The notes under the pieces: generated by a model | Told to the model about the DNA's origin: nothing | What the model saw: the letters and a program-made list of their open reading frames with translations, nothing else | The model's database searches: none | Program-made: the position numbers and the translations under genes | NCBI GenBank assembly: GCA_025935615.1 | Contig: JAICUY010000003.1 | Location: forward strand, 1 to 53,664 | Source: Steroidobacteraceae bacterium | GTDB taxonomy: Bacteria > Chloroflexota > Limnocylindria > QHBO01 | Direction: 5' to 3' | Length of the DNA stretch: 53,664 nucleotides | Shown here: piece after piece, positions 8,695 through 19,436 of the stretch | How positions within the stretch are numbered: position 1 is the first letter of the stretch | How the letters are laid out: each line of letters opens with the position of its first letter

Positions 8695-11600
8695 GCGGAA
8701 CCTCCGGTTGCTCATCGGCGCGCGGTGCGCGCTCCAGGGCGGCCGCCAGCTCGGGCGGCCGTATCGGTTTGCTGAGGTAGTCGTTCATGCCCGCGGCCAG
8801 GCAGGCCTCGCGGTCGCCTGCCATGGCGTTGGCGGTCATGGCCACGATCCACAGCGGCCGCTCGGGCCATCGCGCCCGGATGCGTCGCGTCGCGCCGAGG
8901 CCGTCGAGCTCCGGCATCTGGACATCCATCAGCACCACGTCGTATGGCTCGCGCTCGAGCGCGGCAATGGCCTGTAGGCCGTCGCCCGCCACGTCTGCCT
9001 GGTACGAGAGCTGGCCCAGCAGCCGCAGCGCGAGCTTCTGGTTCACGGCGTTGTCCTCGGCCAGCAGGATCCGCAGCGGGTGGCGATCGCCGAGCGGCCG
9101 GTCGCCGTCGGTTGCCTGAGGCGTTACGGCGGGCGCGGTGGGAACGCTGCCGAGGAGCACCGTCGCAATCGTGTCGTGCAGCGCCGACGGCTTGACCGGC
9201 TTGGCCAGCCAGCCGGCGATCTCGCCGCTCTCCCGCTCCCTGGTACCGACCGAGGAGAGGATGACGACCGGCATCGGTCCGCCCGTGTCGTCGGTTGTCA
9301 GCCGATGCGCTTCAGCCGCGAGCTCGGTGCCGTCCATGTCGGGCATCAACAGGTCGGTCAGCGCGATGTCGAAGCGGTCGCCACGCTCGAGCCAGGCAAC
9401 TGCCTCCTTCGGCGAGCCGGTTTCGCGCGGGACCATGCCCCATCGTGCGGTCTGGGCCACCAGGATGCGACGGTTGGTGGCGTTGTCGTCGACGATGAGG
9501 ACCGTGCGACCGGACAGGTCAGCCTCGATCCGAGCCGGCCGCGTGGAGGCCACGCTGTCCGGCGGCGCCACGGCCACCTGGAGCGCGAGGTGGAAGACCG
9601 ACCCCTCGCCCGGAACACCCGGGCTCTCCACGGTCAGCGAGCCTTTCATCAGCTCCGCCAACCGCCGGCTGATGGCGAGACCCAGCCCGGTGCCGCCGTA
9701 GCGGCGCGCGATCGACGCATCGGCCTGGCTGAATGACTGGAACAGGCGGTCCATGGCCGACTCGGGAATGCCGATGCCGGTGTCGCGGATGTCGATCCGG
9801 ATTTCCCAACGTCCCAGACCGCGACGGGCGGCCGCCTCGACCTGCGACCCGCCGACGGTGACGACCACCTCGCCGCTCTCGGTGAACTTGACTGCGTTCG
9901 ACAGCAGGTTGAGCAGCATCTGGCGCAGGCGTCCCGGGTCGCCCACGAACGCGAGCGGCAGGTCCTCGTCGACCGCGTAGACCAGCTCGAGCCCCTTCTT
10001 GGCAGCGGCCGGCGCGATGATGTCGAGCGACCCCTCGATCGCGTCGCGCAGCACGAAGGGGGTGCTGTCGAGCTCGACACGGCCAGCCTCGATCTTCGAG
10101 AAGTCGAGGACGTCGTTGATGATCGTCAGCAGGGCATCGCCCGAGGTGCGGATGGTCTCGGCGAAGTCGTGCTGCTCCTCGTCGAGCGGCGTGTCCATCA
10201 GCAGCCCGCTCATGCCGATGATCGCGTTCAGCGGTGTCCGAATCTCATGGCTCATGGCCGCCAGGAAGCTGCTCTTGGCTTCGTTGGCCTGCTCGGCCGC
10301 CTCGCGGGACTCCTGGGCCTCTCCGAACAGCCGGGCGTTCTCGAGGGCGATCGCCGCCTGCTGCGACAGGCCGACGAGGAAGCTCAGGTCGGCGTTGCTG
10401 AACAGCGTGCGCGACTGCGTGCGCCACACCGCCAGGATGCCGGCAACCTCGCCGCGGACCATGAGCGGCGCGGCCATCAAGCGGTCCTCGACTTCGTCGG
10501 TGCCCTCGATCCTGATGGCGCGCGGATCGGCAAGGGGGTGGTTGATCGCCTCCGGCTGGCCGCTGACGGCGATGTCGCCGAGGATGCCGACTCCTCGCGT
10601 AACGACCGTTGCGCGCAGCTGCTCCGCAATGTCGCCCTGCGCCACGACCGCGCGGAACGTCTCGGCGTCTTCATCTGGCAGGAGGACCGCGGCGGCGTCG
10701 GCATTCAGCAGGCGCATGGCCCCCGACCCGATGACGTCGAGCACCGCCGAGAGGTCGAGGGTGGCCGATATGTCGCGCCCGACATCGGCCAGGCCGGCCA
10801 TCTCGTCCGCGCGCCGGCGCGTCTCGTCGTAGAGGCGGGCGTTCTGGACCGCGACGCCGACGTTGGCGGCAATCGTCGACAGCAGGCGCGCATCGGCCTC
10901 GCCGAAGCGGCTTTCGGTGGTTGTGCTCTGGACGCTGATGGCGCCGATGCTCCGCTCGCCGACCATGATCGGCACGCCGAGGTAGGAGCGCGCCCGCGTT
11001 CCGACACCCCGCTCGCCGAGCGCCGCCCAGTCCTCCTCGCGGTTGAGGAGGAGCGGTGCGCGGCCCTCGATGACGCGGGACGTGAGGCCGGTGCCCAGCG
11101 GCAGTGGATCCTGGTGCTGGTGCGTTCCGCGCTCCGCGTAATACGGGAAGTTGATGATGCCCGACTCCTCGTCGAGCAGCGCCACGTAGACGATGTCGGC
11201 GTCGAACGCGTCGCGCGTCTTCTCGCCGACGAGCGCCAGCAGCGGTCCGACCTCCGGCCGAGCGGTCAGTGCCTCGCCGACCGAGTTGATGGTGCCGAGC
11301 TCTGCGACGCGCTGCCGCGTCTCGTCGATCAGGCGCCCGGTCCGCAGCGCGACGCTGAGGCTGGCGGCAATGGTCGTCAGCAGCGAGACGTCCGCTTCGT
11401 TGAAGGCGTATTCGCGGTCGAGGTTCTGGAGCGAGATGACGCCGAGGGTCCGGTCACCCAGCAGCAGCGGCGCGAAGATCGCCGACTTGGCCGGCTCCCC
11501 GCTGATGTGGTCCGGCTGCCCGTACCGCTTGCCGACCTCGCGAAGGTCGTGGGTGATGAGCAGCGGCTGACGCGTTTCGATGACGTGCTTCCGAAAACCC

Positions 11601-14600
11601 ATCACCTTGCGCGCCTCGACCGGGAAGCGCTCGCCGCGCTCCAGCGTGAACGGAAACTCCATCATCTCGCCGGCGGGGTCGTAGATGGCGATGTCGACCA
11701 CCTGGGTATCGAAGACGTCGCTGGCGCGCTCGCCGACGAGCTCGTACATGGCCTGGACATCGAGTTCGGCCGCGAGGCTGCGCTGCACGTCGTTGACGAT
11801 CGCCAGCTCGGCGGCGCGCCGGTCGGTCTGCGCCAGCAGCCGCTTGGTCTCGTCGAACAGACGGGCGTTCTCGAGCGCCACGCTCAGGCTGGCAGCCAGG
11901 GTTGTGAGGAGGCGCACGTCAGCGTCGGAGAACGCATGCTCGCGGTCGTTGTTCTGCAGCGAGATGCCTCCACGCACAGTTTCCCCGCCGAAGAGCGGCG
12001 CCCACACCATCGATTTCGGCGGCGCACCGAGAATCCTGGCTTCGATGCCGTGCTCCGCGATCCAGCCCATGTAGTCCTCGTTGACGTTCACCGGCTCACG
12101 TCTGGCAGCGAACCAGCGCGCGAACCCACTCATCGGCGCCGACGACACTTCCAACCGCTTGCCGTCTTCGCGCACATACGGCAGGTGCTGGATCTCGTCC
12201 TCGCCGTAGGTGGTGATCATCACGACCTGGGCGTCGAAGATGTCGCCGATCTTGTCGCCGACCAGGTCGTACATGGCCTGGATGTCCAGGTTCTGGGCCA
12301 GTCCCTGCTGCACGCTGTTGACGACTGCCAGCTCCGCGGCCCGCTCATCGGTCTCGGCCAGCAGGCGCCTGGTCTCGTCGAACAGCCGGGCATTCTCGAG
12401 GGCGACGCTCAGGCTTCCGGCGAGCGTGGTCAGCAGTCGGACATCACCATCGGCAAAGGCGTCATATCGATCCAGGTTTTGCAGCGAGATGGCGCCCCGC
12501 ACCTCGCCACCGACCTGCAGCGGCGCGATGAGCAACGAAAGCGCGGGTTCACCTATGGTGACGTGGGACGCGCCATGTTCCGCGTGCCATTTCTCGACGT
12601 CGCCCATCAGAATTGGTTGCGGATCGTCGCGCAGCCGATACGCGAGGCCGGTTTCCTGCATCTCAACTGGCTCATTCGGGAAGCGCACACCGCGCTCGAT
12701 CGTGTACGGGTAGCTGGCGATACCGGCGTTGAAGTCGTAGGTGGCGATGTCCACGACCTGGGCGTCGAAGATCTCGCGTATCTTGTCTCCCACGAGGTCA
12801 TACATCGCCTGCATGTCGAGGTTCTGTGCCAGGCCACGCTGAACCTCGTTGATGAGAGCCAGCTCGGCGGCGCGGTCGTCGGCCGCCGCCTTCTGGCGCT
12901 TCGTCTCATCGAACAGTCGCGCGTTCTCGAGCGCCACGCTCAGGCTGCCGGCGAGCGTCGTCAGCAACCGCACATCGCTCTCCGAGAACGCGTTCTCGCG
13001 GTCGAGGTTCTGCAGCGAGATGATCCCGAGCACCTCGCGGCCACTCAGCATCGGCACCCACAGCGCCGACAGCGGTTCATCGCCCTGGATGGGTCCGCTC
13101 TGGCCGAGCGCAACGCCTTGCTCGTGCAGGTTCTCGTTGAACAGCAGCGGGGCGCGCGTCTCGACGACCTTTCGCCGCGGCCCGATCAGCGGCATCGTCA
13201 GAGGCTGAAGGCGTTGGCCACGCTCGATGCCAAAGACGAAGTTGACCTCCTGTCGCGCGCGGTCGAGCACCGCGATATCGACGATCTGGGCGTCGAAGAT
13301 CTCCTGGATCTTGTTGCCGACGAGGTCATACATGCCCTGCATGTCGAGGTTCTCGGCAAGGCCCTGCTGGACGCTGTTGATAACGGCCAGCTCGGCGGCG
13401 CGTTCATCGGTCTCGGTCAACAGGCGCTTGGTCTCATCGAAGAGGCGAGCGTTCTCGAGAGCGACACTCAGGGTGGTCGCCAGCGTCGACAACAGACGAA
13501 CATCGCGCTCGCTGAACGCGTCAGTCCGATCCAGGTTCTGGAGCGAGATGCGTCCCTTGACCTTGCCACCCGTCGTCAGCGGTGCGATGAGAATTGAGAG
13601 GGCGGGCTCACCCTGCAGCACGTCCTGCCCCGGCGACCGGCCGTGCTCAGCGTCCCACGCCGGAACGTCGTTGACGAGGACGGGCTGGCCGGTCCGCAGC
13701 ACTTCACGCGACATCTCCGCGTTTTCAATCGGCGTGGGCAGGTCCGGGAAGCGCACGCCACGTTCGATGCTGTACGGGTATCGAATCACGCCGGCGTCGA
13801 AATCGAAGATGCCTATGTCGACGACCTGGGCCTCGAAAATCTCCCGGATCTTGTCGCCAACGAGGTCGTACATCGCCTGCATGTCGAGGTTCTCGACAAG
13901 CCCCTCCTGGACGCTGTTCAGAATTGCCAGCTCGGCGGCGCGCTCATCGGTCTCGGTCAGCAGCCGCTTCGTCTCGTCGAACAGCCGCGCGTTCTCGAGC
14001 GCAACACCCATGTTCGAGCCGAGGGTGCTGAGCAGGCGTTCGTCTGCTTCGTCGTACGCGTTCGCCCCGGAGGCCGTGAGGGCGATCGTCCCGATCGCTC
14101 GATCGTGGGCGAGGATCGGCACGCCGAGGTAGGAGTCGGTGCGTTCCTCGTCCTCGCGCCACAGGGCGCCCAGCTCATCAGCCTCCTCGGCGGTACCGAT
14201 GCGCAGCGGACGGCGGCTGGTCAGGATCTTCGAGGTGAGTCCTTCTCCAAGCGGAAGCGGCGCTGGCTGCACGCGCTGACCGTCGATGACCGAATAGGGG
14301 AAGTTCAGCATTCCCGCGGCGGCGTCATGGAGGGCGATGTCGATCATGCCGGCGGTGAAGATCTGGCCGATGCGATCGCCGACGAGATCGATGATTGCCT
14401 GGAAATCGAGCTCACTGGCGAGTGCCTCACCGATCTCGTTGACGATCGCGAGCTCGGCAGCGCGCTCATCGGTTTCGGTAAGCAGACGTTTCGTCTCGGC
14501 GAACAGGCGAGCGTTCTCGAGGGCAACGCCCATGCTCGACGCGAAGGTCGCCAGCAGCCTCTCGTCCGCGTCGGAATAGGCGTTCTTGTCTGCGCTCTCG

Positions 14601-16144
14601 AGCCCGATGAGACCGATGACCCGTCCGCCGGCGGGGATTGGCACGCCCATCCAGGACTCGGTGTCGAATTCGCCGAGCTGGATGGCCCCGTGCTCCACCG
14701 ACTCTTGGTGGTTCGCAATCCGCAGCCCCCGATTGGAGCGAATGACGATCGACGAGAGCCCCTCGCCGAGCTCGATCGGATCGCTGTGATAGCGCTGGCC
14801 GTCGCCGATCTCGTACGGGAAGCGGATGACGTTCGTATCGGCCTCGTAGAGACCGATGAACATCGTCTCGGCTCGGAAGATCTTCCGAACCCGCTCTCCC
14901 ACGATGTCGACGATGCCATCGAGATCGAGCTGCCGGGCCAGGGCGGAGCCGATCTCGTTGATCATCGATAGCTCGGAGTTGCGCTGCTCGGTTTCAGTCA
15001 GCAGGCGCTTCGTCTCGTCGAAGAGCCGCGCGTTCTCGAGAGCGACGCCAACACTGGCAGCGAGGGTGGAGAGGAGACGCTCGTCCCCCTCGCTGAACGC
15101 GTGACGCTCCAGCCGCTCGACGGCGATGACGCCCAGGGCCTTGTCGCCCGCCAGAATCGGCACGCCGAGCCACGATTCCTCGACGCCCGTTCCGGTGACG
15201 ACCACGACCGAGTAGTCATCGAGCTCTTCGTGGGTCCCAATCCGCAGCGGGCGGCGGGTCTTGATGACCCTTGCAGAGAGCGTCGTGTCGTCGAGCGGCC
15301 GCGGTTCGGCGTCCTGGCGAACGCCGTGATCCTTCAGGTAGGGAAAGGAGAGGGAGTTCTGCGCGGCGTCGTACAACATGATGCCGGCCGTCTCGACCGA
15401 GAAGATCGAGCTGATCCGCTCACCGACCAGGGCGATGATCACCGCGAAGTCGAGCTGGCTGGCGAGCGCCACGCCCACCTCATTGACGAGCGCCAGCTCG
15501 GCGTTACGTTGCCGCGTCTCCTCTATTGCGCGAACGCGCGCCAGCGCCTGGCCGACGTGCTGCCCGACGAACGTCAACAGGTCGAGGTCGCTTCTCGTGT
15601 ACACCAGGTCGGCGCGGTAGCTCTGCGTGACGACGGCGCCGATCGTTCGCCCGTCCGCGATCAGCGGAGCTCCCAGCCACGACACCGATGGGACACCGAT
15701 GAGGACCGCATCGCCACGTTCGTACAGTGCGTGCTGCGCGGCCTCGTCGAGCAGCAATGGCTGTCCGGTGCGCAGCAGGTAGGCGGTCGTCCCGGTTCCC
15801 TCGTCGATCCCAATTGGGTCCCAGGCCCTGGGATCGGGTGGATCCGTCTCGACCTGGTCCACGAAGAACGGATAGTTGATGAGCTGGCGATCTCCGTCGT
15901 AGAGCGCGATGTAGAAGTTCTCGGCGTTCATCAGCTCGCCGACGATCGCGTGGATCGCGGCGTAGAAGGACGGCATGTCCTCGGCGGCACTGGCCGTTTC
16001 GGCGATTCGGTACAGCGCGGCCTGGACCTGGATTGCGCGTGCATGCTCGGCGTCGCGCGCCTCGAGCTCCGTTATCCGGGCTTGGGCAGCTTCCAGCTCG
16101 CCGACGGCGTCGGGCGATTTCACCTGCCGGGTGCGGGCTGCCAT
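8681..16144 (-). CDS. Cytoplasmic hybrid sensor histidine kinase: 11 tandem GAF domains + HisKA + HATPase_c + 2 receiver domains
   Basis: ORF 8681..16369. I place the start at ATG 16144 ([18 protein letters not shown] upstream) because the longer reading overlaps the upstream monooxygenase gene. Eleven GAF-like modules are separated by [15 protein letters not shown]-type linkers. H-box SHEIRTPLN. Receivers [23 protein letters not shown] and [22 protein letters not shown]. No TM segment seen. Confidence 0.9.
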   Translation of the reverse strand: MAARTRQVKSPDAVGELEAAQARITELEARDAEHARAIQVQAALYRIAETASAAEDMPSFYAAIHAIVGELMNAENFYIALYDGDRQLINYPFFVDQVETDPPDPRAWDPIGIDEGTGTTAYLLRTGQPLLLDEAAQHALYERGDAVLIGVPSVSWLGAPLIADGRTIGAVVTQSYRADLVYTRSDLDLLTFVGQHVGQALARVRAIEETRQRNAELALVNEVGVALASQLDFAVIIALVGERISSIFSVETAGIMLYDAAQNSLSFPYLKDHGVRQDAEPRPLDDTTLSARVIKTRRPLRIGTHEELDDYSVVVVTGTGVEESWLGVPILAGDKALGVIAVERLERHAFSEGDERLLSTLAASVGVALENARLFDETKRLLTETEQRNSELSMINEIGSALARQLDLDGIVDIVGERVRKIFRAETMFIGLYEADTNVIRFPYEIGDGQRYHSDPIELGEGLSSIVIRSNRGLRIANHQESVEHGAIQLGEFDTESWMGVPIPAGGRVIGLIGLESADKNAYSDADERLLATFASSMGVALENARLFAETKRLLTETDERAAELAIVNEIGEALASELDFQAIIDLVGDRIGQIFTAGMIDIALHDAAAGMLNFPYSVIDGQRVQPAPLPLGEGLTSKILTSRRPLRIGTAEEADELGALWREDEERTDSYLGVPILAHDRAIGTIALTASGANAYDEADERLLSTLGSNMGVALENARLFDETKRLLTETDERAAELAILNSVQEGLVENLDMQAMYDLVGDKIREIFEAQVVDIGIFDFDAGVIRYPYSIERGVRFPDLPTPIENAEMSREVLRTGQPVLVNDVPAWDAEHGRSPGQDVLQGEPALSILIAPLTTGGKVKGRISLQNLDRTDAFSERDVRLLSTLATTLSVALENARLFDETKRLLTETDERAAELAVINSVQQGLAENLDMQGMYDLVGNKIQEIFDAQIVDIAVLDRARQEVNFVFGIERGQRLQPLTMPLIGPRRKVVETRAPLLFNENLHEQGVALGQSGPIQGDEPLSALWVPMLSGREVLGIISLQNLDRENAFSESDVRLLTTLAGSLSVALENARLFDETKRQKAAADDRAAELALINEVQRGLAQNLDMQAMYDLVGDKIREIFDAQVVDIATYDFNAGIASYPYTIERGVRFPNEPVEMQETGLAYRLRDDPQPILMGDVEKWHAEHGASHVTIGEPALSLLIAPLQVGGEVRGAISLQNLDRYDAFADGDVRLLTTLAGSLSVALENARLFDETRRLLAETDERAAELAVVNSVQQGLAQNLDIQAMYDLVGDKIGDIFDAQVVMITTYGEDEIQHLPYVREDGKRLEVSSAPMSGFARWFAARREPVNVNEDYMGWIAEHGIEARILGAPPKSMVWAPLFGGETVRGGISLQNNDREHAFSDADVRLLTTLAASLSVALENARLFDETKRLLAQTDRRAAELAIVNDVQRSLAAELDVQAMYELVGERASDVFDTQVVDIAIYDPAGEMMEFPFTLERGERFPVEARKVMGFRKHVIETRQPLLITHDLREVGKRYGQPDHISGEPAKSAIFAPLLLGDRTLGVISLQNLDREYAFNEADVSLLTTIAASLSVALRTGRLIDETRQRVAELGTINSVGEALTARPEVGPLLALVGEKTRDAFDADIVYVALLDEESGIINFPYYAERGTHQHQDPLPLGTGLTSRVIEGRAPLLLNREEDWAALGERGVGTRARSYLGVPIMVGERSIGAISVQSTTTESRFGEADARLLSTIAANVGVAVQNARLYDETRRRADEMAGLADVGRDISATLDLSAVLDVIGSGAMRLLNADAAAVLLPDEDAETFRAVVAQGDIAEQLRATVVTRGVGILGDIAVSGQPEAINHPLADPRAIRIEGTDEVEDRLMAAPLMVRGEVAGILAVWRTQSRTLFSNADLSFLVGLSQQAAIALENARLFGEAQESREAAEQANEAKSSFLAAMSHEIRTPLNAIIGMSGLLMDTPLDEEQHDFAETIRTSGDALLTIINDVLDFSKIEAGRVELDSTPFVLRDAIEGSLDIIAPAAAKKGLELVYAVDEDLPLAFVGDPGRLRQMLLNLLSNAVKFTESGEVVVTVGGSQVEAAARRGLGRWEIRIDIRDTGIGIPESAMDRLFQSFSQADASIARRYGGTGLGLAISRRLAELMKGSLTVESPGVPGEGSVFHLALQVAVAPPDSVASTRPARIEADLSGRTVLIVDDNATNRRILVAQTARWGMVPRETGSPKEAVAWLERGDRFDIALTDLLMPDMDGTELAAEAHRLTTDDTGGPMPVVILSSVGTRERESGEIAGWLAKPVKPSALHDTIATVLLGSVPTAPAVTPQATDGDRPLGDRHPLRILLAEDNAVNQKLALRLLGQLSYQADVAGDGLQAIAALEREPYDVVLMDVQMPELDGLGATRRIRARWPERPLWIVAMTANAMAGDREACLAAGMNDYLSKPIRPPELAAALERAPRADEQPEVPHARA
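10337..15560. repeat. Intragenic module repeat within the GAF-array kinase gene (period about 520-540 nt)
   Basis: GTTCTCGAG occurs at 10337, 11867, 12923, 13451, 13991, 14513 and 15032, with ATTCTCGAG at 12392. From 11867 upward each copy sits in a roughly 75-nt near-identical block, e.g. 13926-14002 gccagctcggcggcgcgctcatcggtctcggtcagcagccgcttcgtctcgtcgaacagccgcgcgttctcgagcgc. Confidence 0.85.
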
Positions 16145-16187
16145 GGGCTTCCTCGGGCTCGGGTTCGGCACCGCGCGGTACCGGCGG

Positions 16188-17699
16188 CTATTGTGCCGCG
16201 CTCGACGATCGGCCGTCGACCCCCGTGGCCCGATCCAGCGCCTCCTCCAGATCCTCGACCGATGCGAGACGCGCGGCGAGATGCCCGTCCGGGCGGACGA
16301 GCATCGGCGCATCGGCCGTCTCGTCCACGACGACGCGCAGCGGAACGCGCGTCTCGGGGAGGAGCGCATCGGTCTGCGAAGGGAGCAGCAGCACGAAGCC
16401 TATGCCCAGACAGCGGCGCAGGCGGGTACGCGTGCCATCTGCGATGACGGACCGATCCGCCACGACCGATCCGTCGCCGTCGACGATCGGTGAGTCGGCG
16501 TAGGCGAACGGTTCCGACAGGCGGCCCGAGTCGACCAGGCGACGGACTGCGGCGAATCGGGAGAAGCGCAGGATCAGGTTGCGGCGCAGCCGCATCAGCG
16601 CGTTGGGCGGTGCCAGGAAGCGCATGGTGTTGGCGGTGATGCGCAGGTTCTCGACCGCCGCCGCATGACGCTCGGCGTGATAGGTGGCGAGCAGCCCATC
16701 GGGCGCCAAGCCATGCCAGACCAGGGCGAGCTTCCAGGCCAGGTTGTCGGCGTCCTGCACCGCGCTGTTCATGCCGCGCGCCCCGAAGACGCTCATCAGG
16801 TGCGCGGCATCGCCGGCCAGGAAGAGGCGACGGTCGCGGAACCAAGGCGCCAGGCGCTGGTGAAAGCCGTAGCTGGTAGCCCACACGATCTGATAGGGCG
16901 TGTCACCGATGACCTGCCGGATTCGGCGGTCGATGCCCCCGCCAGCCCGTTCGGTATCGACGTCGAAGTCGCGGTCGACGCGCCAATCGATCCGCCACAC
17001 ATCGTCCGGCTGCGGGTGGATGAGCACCTGGCGGCCAGGATTGGACGGCGGGTCGAAGAAGAACCGGCGCTCATTGGGAAACGGCAGCCTGGCGCGGACG
17101 TCGGCAATCAGGAAGCGGTCGGCGTGGTCGCTTCCCGGGAACGGAATGCCGGCCAGCTCGCGCACCGTCGAATGACCGCCGTCCGCCGCGATGAGGTAGC
17201 TGCCGCGCCAGCTGCGCTCGCCGGCACCCACCATCACCCCGTCGTCATCCTGCCCAAGCGCATCCACGCGCGCGCGCCACTCCATCCGGATCAGCGGCTG
17301 GCGCTGTGCGGCCTCCAGCAGGATCTGCTCAACCCGCCACTGCGGAATGTTGACGAAGCGCGGGAACTCCTCGGCCCCCACCTCGGACAGGTGCACCTGG
17401 AACAGCTCCCGGTCGCGGTAGAAGGTGCGGCCGACGTTCCAGCTGACGCCCTCGTCGGTGACGGCACGAGCGCCCAGCCGTTCGAAGATGCCGAGCGTAT
17501 GGGCTTGCACGCAGATCGAGCGGCTTCCCTCGAGCGCGATGGTCTCGTCCTCGTCGAGGACGAGACTCGGGACCTGCCAGCGGGCCAGCGCGAGCGCCGC
17601 GCTCAGGCCGGTGGGCCCTGCGCCGACGATGAGGACCGGGTCTCGTCTTGCCACCGTCAGCGAATCAATCATCGGACCAGTCTCGCGAGCGGTTTCCAA
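16188..17699 (-). CDS. FAD-dependent aromatic-ring monooxygenase/hydroxylase family protein
   Basis: 503-aa ORF with dinucleotide fold [21 protein letters not shown], plus [34 protein letters not shown]. The track start at 17699 is a TTG; ATG 17672 (MIDSL) is an alternative. Confidence 0.8.
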   Translation of the reverse strand: METARETGPMIDSLTVARRDPVLIVGAGPTGLSAALALARWQVPSLVLDEDETIALEGSRSICVQAHTLGIFERLGARAVTDEGVSWNVGRTFYRDRELFQVHLSEVGAEEFPRFVNIPQWRVEQILLEAAQRQPLIRMEWRARVDALGQDDDGVMVGAGERSWRGSYLIAADGGHSTVRELAGIPFPGSDHADRFLIADVRARLPFPNERRFFFDPPSNPGRQVLIHPQPDDVWRIDWRVDRDFDVDTERAGGGIDRRIRQVIGDTPYQIVWATSYGFHQRLAPWFRDRRLFLAGDAAHLMSVFGARGMNSAVQDADNLAWKLALVWHGLAPDGLLATYHAERHAAAVENLRITANTMRFLAPPNALMRLRRNLILRFSRFAAVRRLVDSGRLSEPFAYADSPIVDGDGSVVADRSVIADGTRTRLRRCLGIGFVLLLPSQTDALLPETRVPLRVVVDETADAPMLVRPDGHLAARLASVEDLEEALDRATGVDGRSSSAAQ

Positions 17700-17916
17700 C
17701 AGGTGGAAGTAACGGACAACGAGCGGCCGATGCAGGAACGAATCGAGCGGTCACCGGCTCTGCGAGGTCCCGTCGTTGTCCGCGGCTGTCACCCGCAGGC
17801 AAAACAGGCCACCATCGACCGCCAAACGCCGGCTGGTTGGCCGATACTGCCACCGGCTGGCAAAACGGCCAGCGAGCAACCTCGACACGGCGACGGCCCG
17901 CAGCGTGCCGCGCGGG

Positions 17917-18870
17917 TCAGTCCTGAAGCTGGGCCCAGACCTCACGGTCACGCCCCGCCGTCCAGATCCTCGGCCGCTCGATGCCGTCGAGCTCGTCCCA
18001 CATGCGCTGCACGTTGAACGGCATGCAGTGCTCGAAGATGGGCCATCCCCCGTAGCGCGGCTCGAGCGCCCCGTGTGCGTTCGTGAACGCCTGCTTCAGC
18101 GAGCCGCCCGCGTCGTGGACGTCGCGCACCTCGTCGTGCAGGACCCGCAGGAAGCCACGCGTCTGCTCGATCGCCTCGCCCACTCCCTCGTCGCGGGCTA
18201 CGGCGCCACGACCGCCGACCAGCACCCGGGCGTCCAGGGCGGCAACCGCGTCCAGCGTGGCGCTCATCCAGTCACGATGGAACGCATCGCCGGTGTAGAG
18301 CGCGGCCTGTGACTCGACCAGGTCGCCGGCGAACAGGACGCGCTCCTCGGGCAGCCAGATCAGGATGTCGCCCTCGGTATGGCCGCGTCCGACGTAGAGC
18401 AGCTCGGCTCGGCGTCCACCGCCCAGGTCCAGGTCGTATCGGTCCGAGAAGGTGATGGTCGGATGGGTCAGCCCCGGGATCGTCTCGATGCCGGTGAACA
18501 GCCGCGGCATGCGGCCCGCCTCGGACTCGAAGTCGGCCTGGCCGCGCTCCTCGATGAGCGCCGCGGTCTGGTCGTGGGCGATGATCGCATCGGCTCCGAA
18601 GGCCGATGCGCCCAGCGTGCGAACCGCGTGGTAGTGCGTCAGCGCCAGCCAGCGCACGGGCTTGTCGGTGTGGCCGCGCAGCTCGTCGAGCCAGACGCGC
18701 GCCATGTACGGCGTTGCGCGGGCCTCGATCGCCAGGACCGCGTCCGAACCCTCGATGGCGCCGACGTTCGGATCGCCCTCGGCGGTGTAGGCGTAGACGC
18801 CGTCGGCCAGCACCTCCAGGGTGGCGGTCTTCTCGGCGGTGTCGGCCGTCGAGGCAAACGGCTTCGGCAT
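17917..18870 (-). CDS. MBL-fold metallo-hydrolase family protein (variant metal motif)
   Basis: Part of ORF 17917..19059. Motifs WLALTHYHAVR (HxHxDH position reads HYHAVR), GRGHTEGD and FAGDLV. Start chosen at ATG 18870 because a TACGAT box lies 7 nt upstream; ATG 18879 is also possible. Confidence 0.7.
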   Translation of the reverse strand: MPKPFASTADTAEKTATLEVLADGVYAYTAEGDPNVGAIEGSDAVLAIEARATPYMARVWLDELRGHTDKPVRWLALTHYHAVRTLGASAFGADAIIAHDQTAALIEERGQADFESEAGRMPRLFTGIETIPGLTHPTITFSDRYDLDLGGGRRAELLYVGRGHTEGDILIWLPEERVLFAGDLVESQAALYTGDAFHRDWMSATLDAVAALDARVLVGGRGAVARDEGVGEAIEQTRGFLRVLHDEVRDVHDAGGSLKQAFTNAHGALEPRYGGWPIFEHCMPFNVQRMWDELDGIERPRIWTAGRDREVWAQLQD

Positions 18871-18877
18871 GCCGAGC

Positions 18878-18883
18878 ATCGTA
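18878..18883 (-). promoter_or_regulatory. -10-like TACGAT box, 7 nt upstream of ATG 18870 (leaderless-type)
   Basis: Plus-strand atcgta at 18878-18883. No SD between the box and the ATG. Confidence 0.35.
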
Positions 18884-19004
18884 CTGCGCGACGTTCGTAC
18901 AGGTGCCCATAGGCCGGACGGGTGCTGCTGCTCGCGCTTCCTCACCGCTACCGTCTGCGGCAGGGGCACGCCAACAACACGTTTCGACGGAGCAGACAAG
19001 ACCG

Positions 19005-19397
19005 ATGCAGACGGGAATCCACGCCGGCGAGTGGCGCAGGTTCGGCCACGGCGGTCCACCCGAGCCGTGGGACAACGACGCCCGCCGCAACCTGGATCGG
19101 CTTTCGACCTCGTACTTCCTCGAGGCGATGGAGTCGCGGCGCGCCATCCTGGCCATGCCGGGCACCGACCGCGAGCTTCGAGTCCAGGTCGACGAGCTGT
19201 TCACCACCGCGACCCGGCACAAGCACGAGATCGACTACACGCTGCGCCATTGGGCCACGCCGGTGGAGCGTGCCCGGGTCGAGGACCGTCTCGGGTCGTT
19301 GATGCGCATCAGCCGCAAGCTGCACGCGATGGTCGGTCCGCGACCACCGCGTCCCGCCGCTGCGCGGCGTCGGCCGGAGCCGCTGCCCGCCGCCTGA
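19005..19397 (+). CDS. Hypothetical protein
   Basis: In-frame ATG inside ORF 18606..19397: MQTGIHAGEWRRFGHGGPPEPWDNDARRNLDRLSTSYFLEAMESRRAIL... Balanced composition. About 88% G/C at third positions by hand count. GGAG about 14 nt upstream. No family recognised. Confidence 0.5.
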   Translation: MQTGIHAGEWRRFGHGGPPEPWDNDARRNLDRLSTSYFLEAMESRRAILAMPGTDRELRVQVDELFTTATRHKHEIDYTLRHWATPVERARVEDRLGSLMRISRKLHAMVGPRPPRPAAARRRPEPLPAA

Positions 19398-19423
19398 CGG
19401 CCCGGTCGGCACGAGGCCCGCCC

Positions 19424-19429
19424 TAGACT
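19424..19429 (+). promoter_or_regulatory. -10-like TAGACT box, 7 nt upstream of ATG 19437 (leaderless-type)
   Basis: ccCTAGACTtgcgggcATG. Confidence 0.4.
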
Positions 19430-19436
19430 TGCGGGC

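Noticed and set aside
16145-16369. 75-codon N-terminal extension of the GAF kinase ORF
   Set aside because: It overlaps the 3' end of the monooxygenase gene (stop at 16188) and is Arg/Ser-rich. ATG 16144 has an upstream GAGGAAG and begins a plausible coiled-coil N-terminus.
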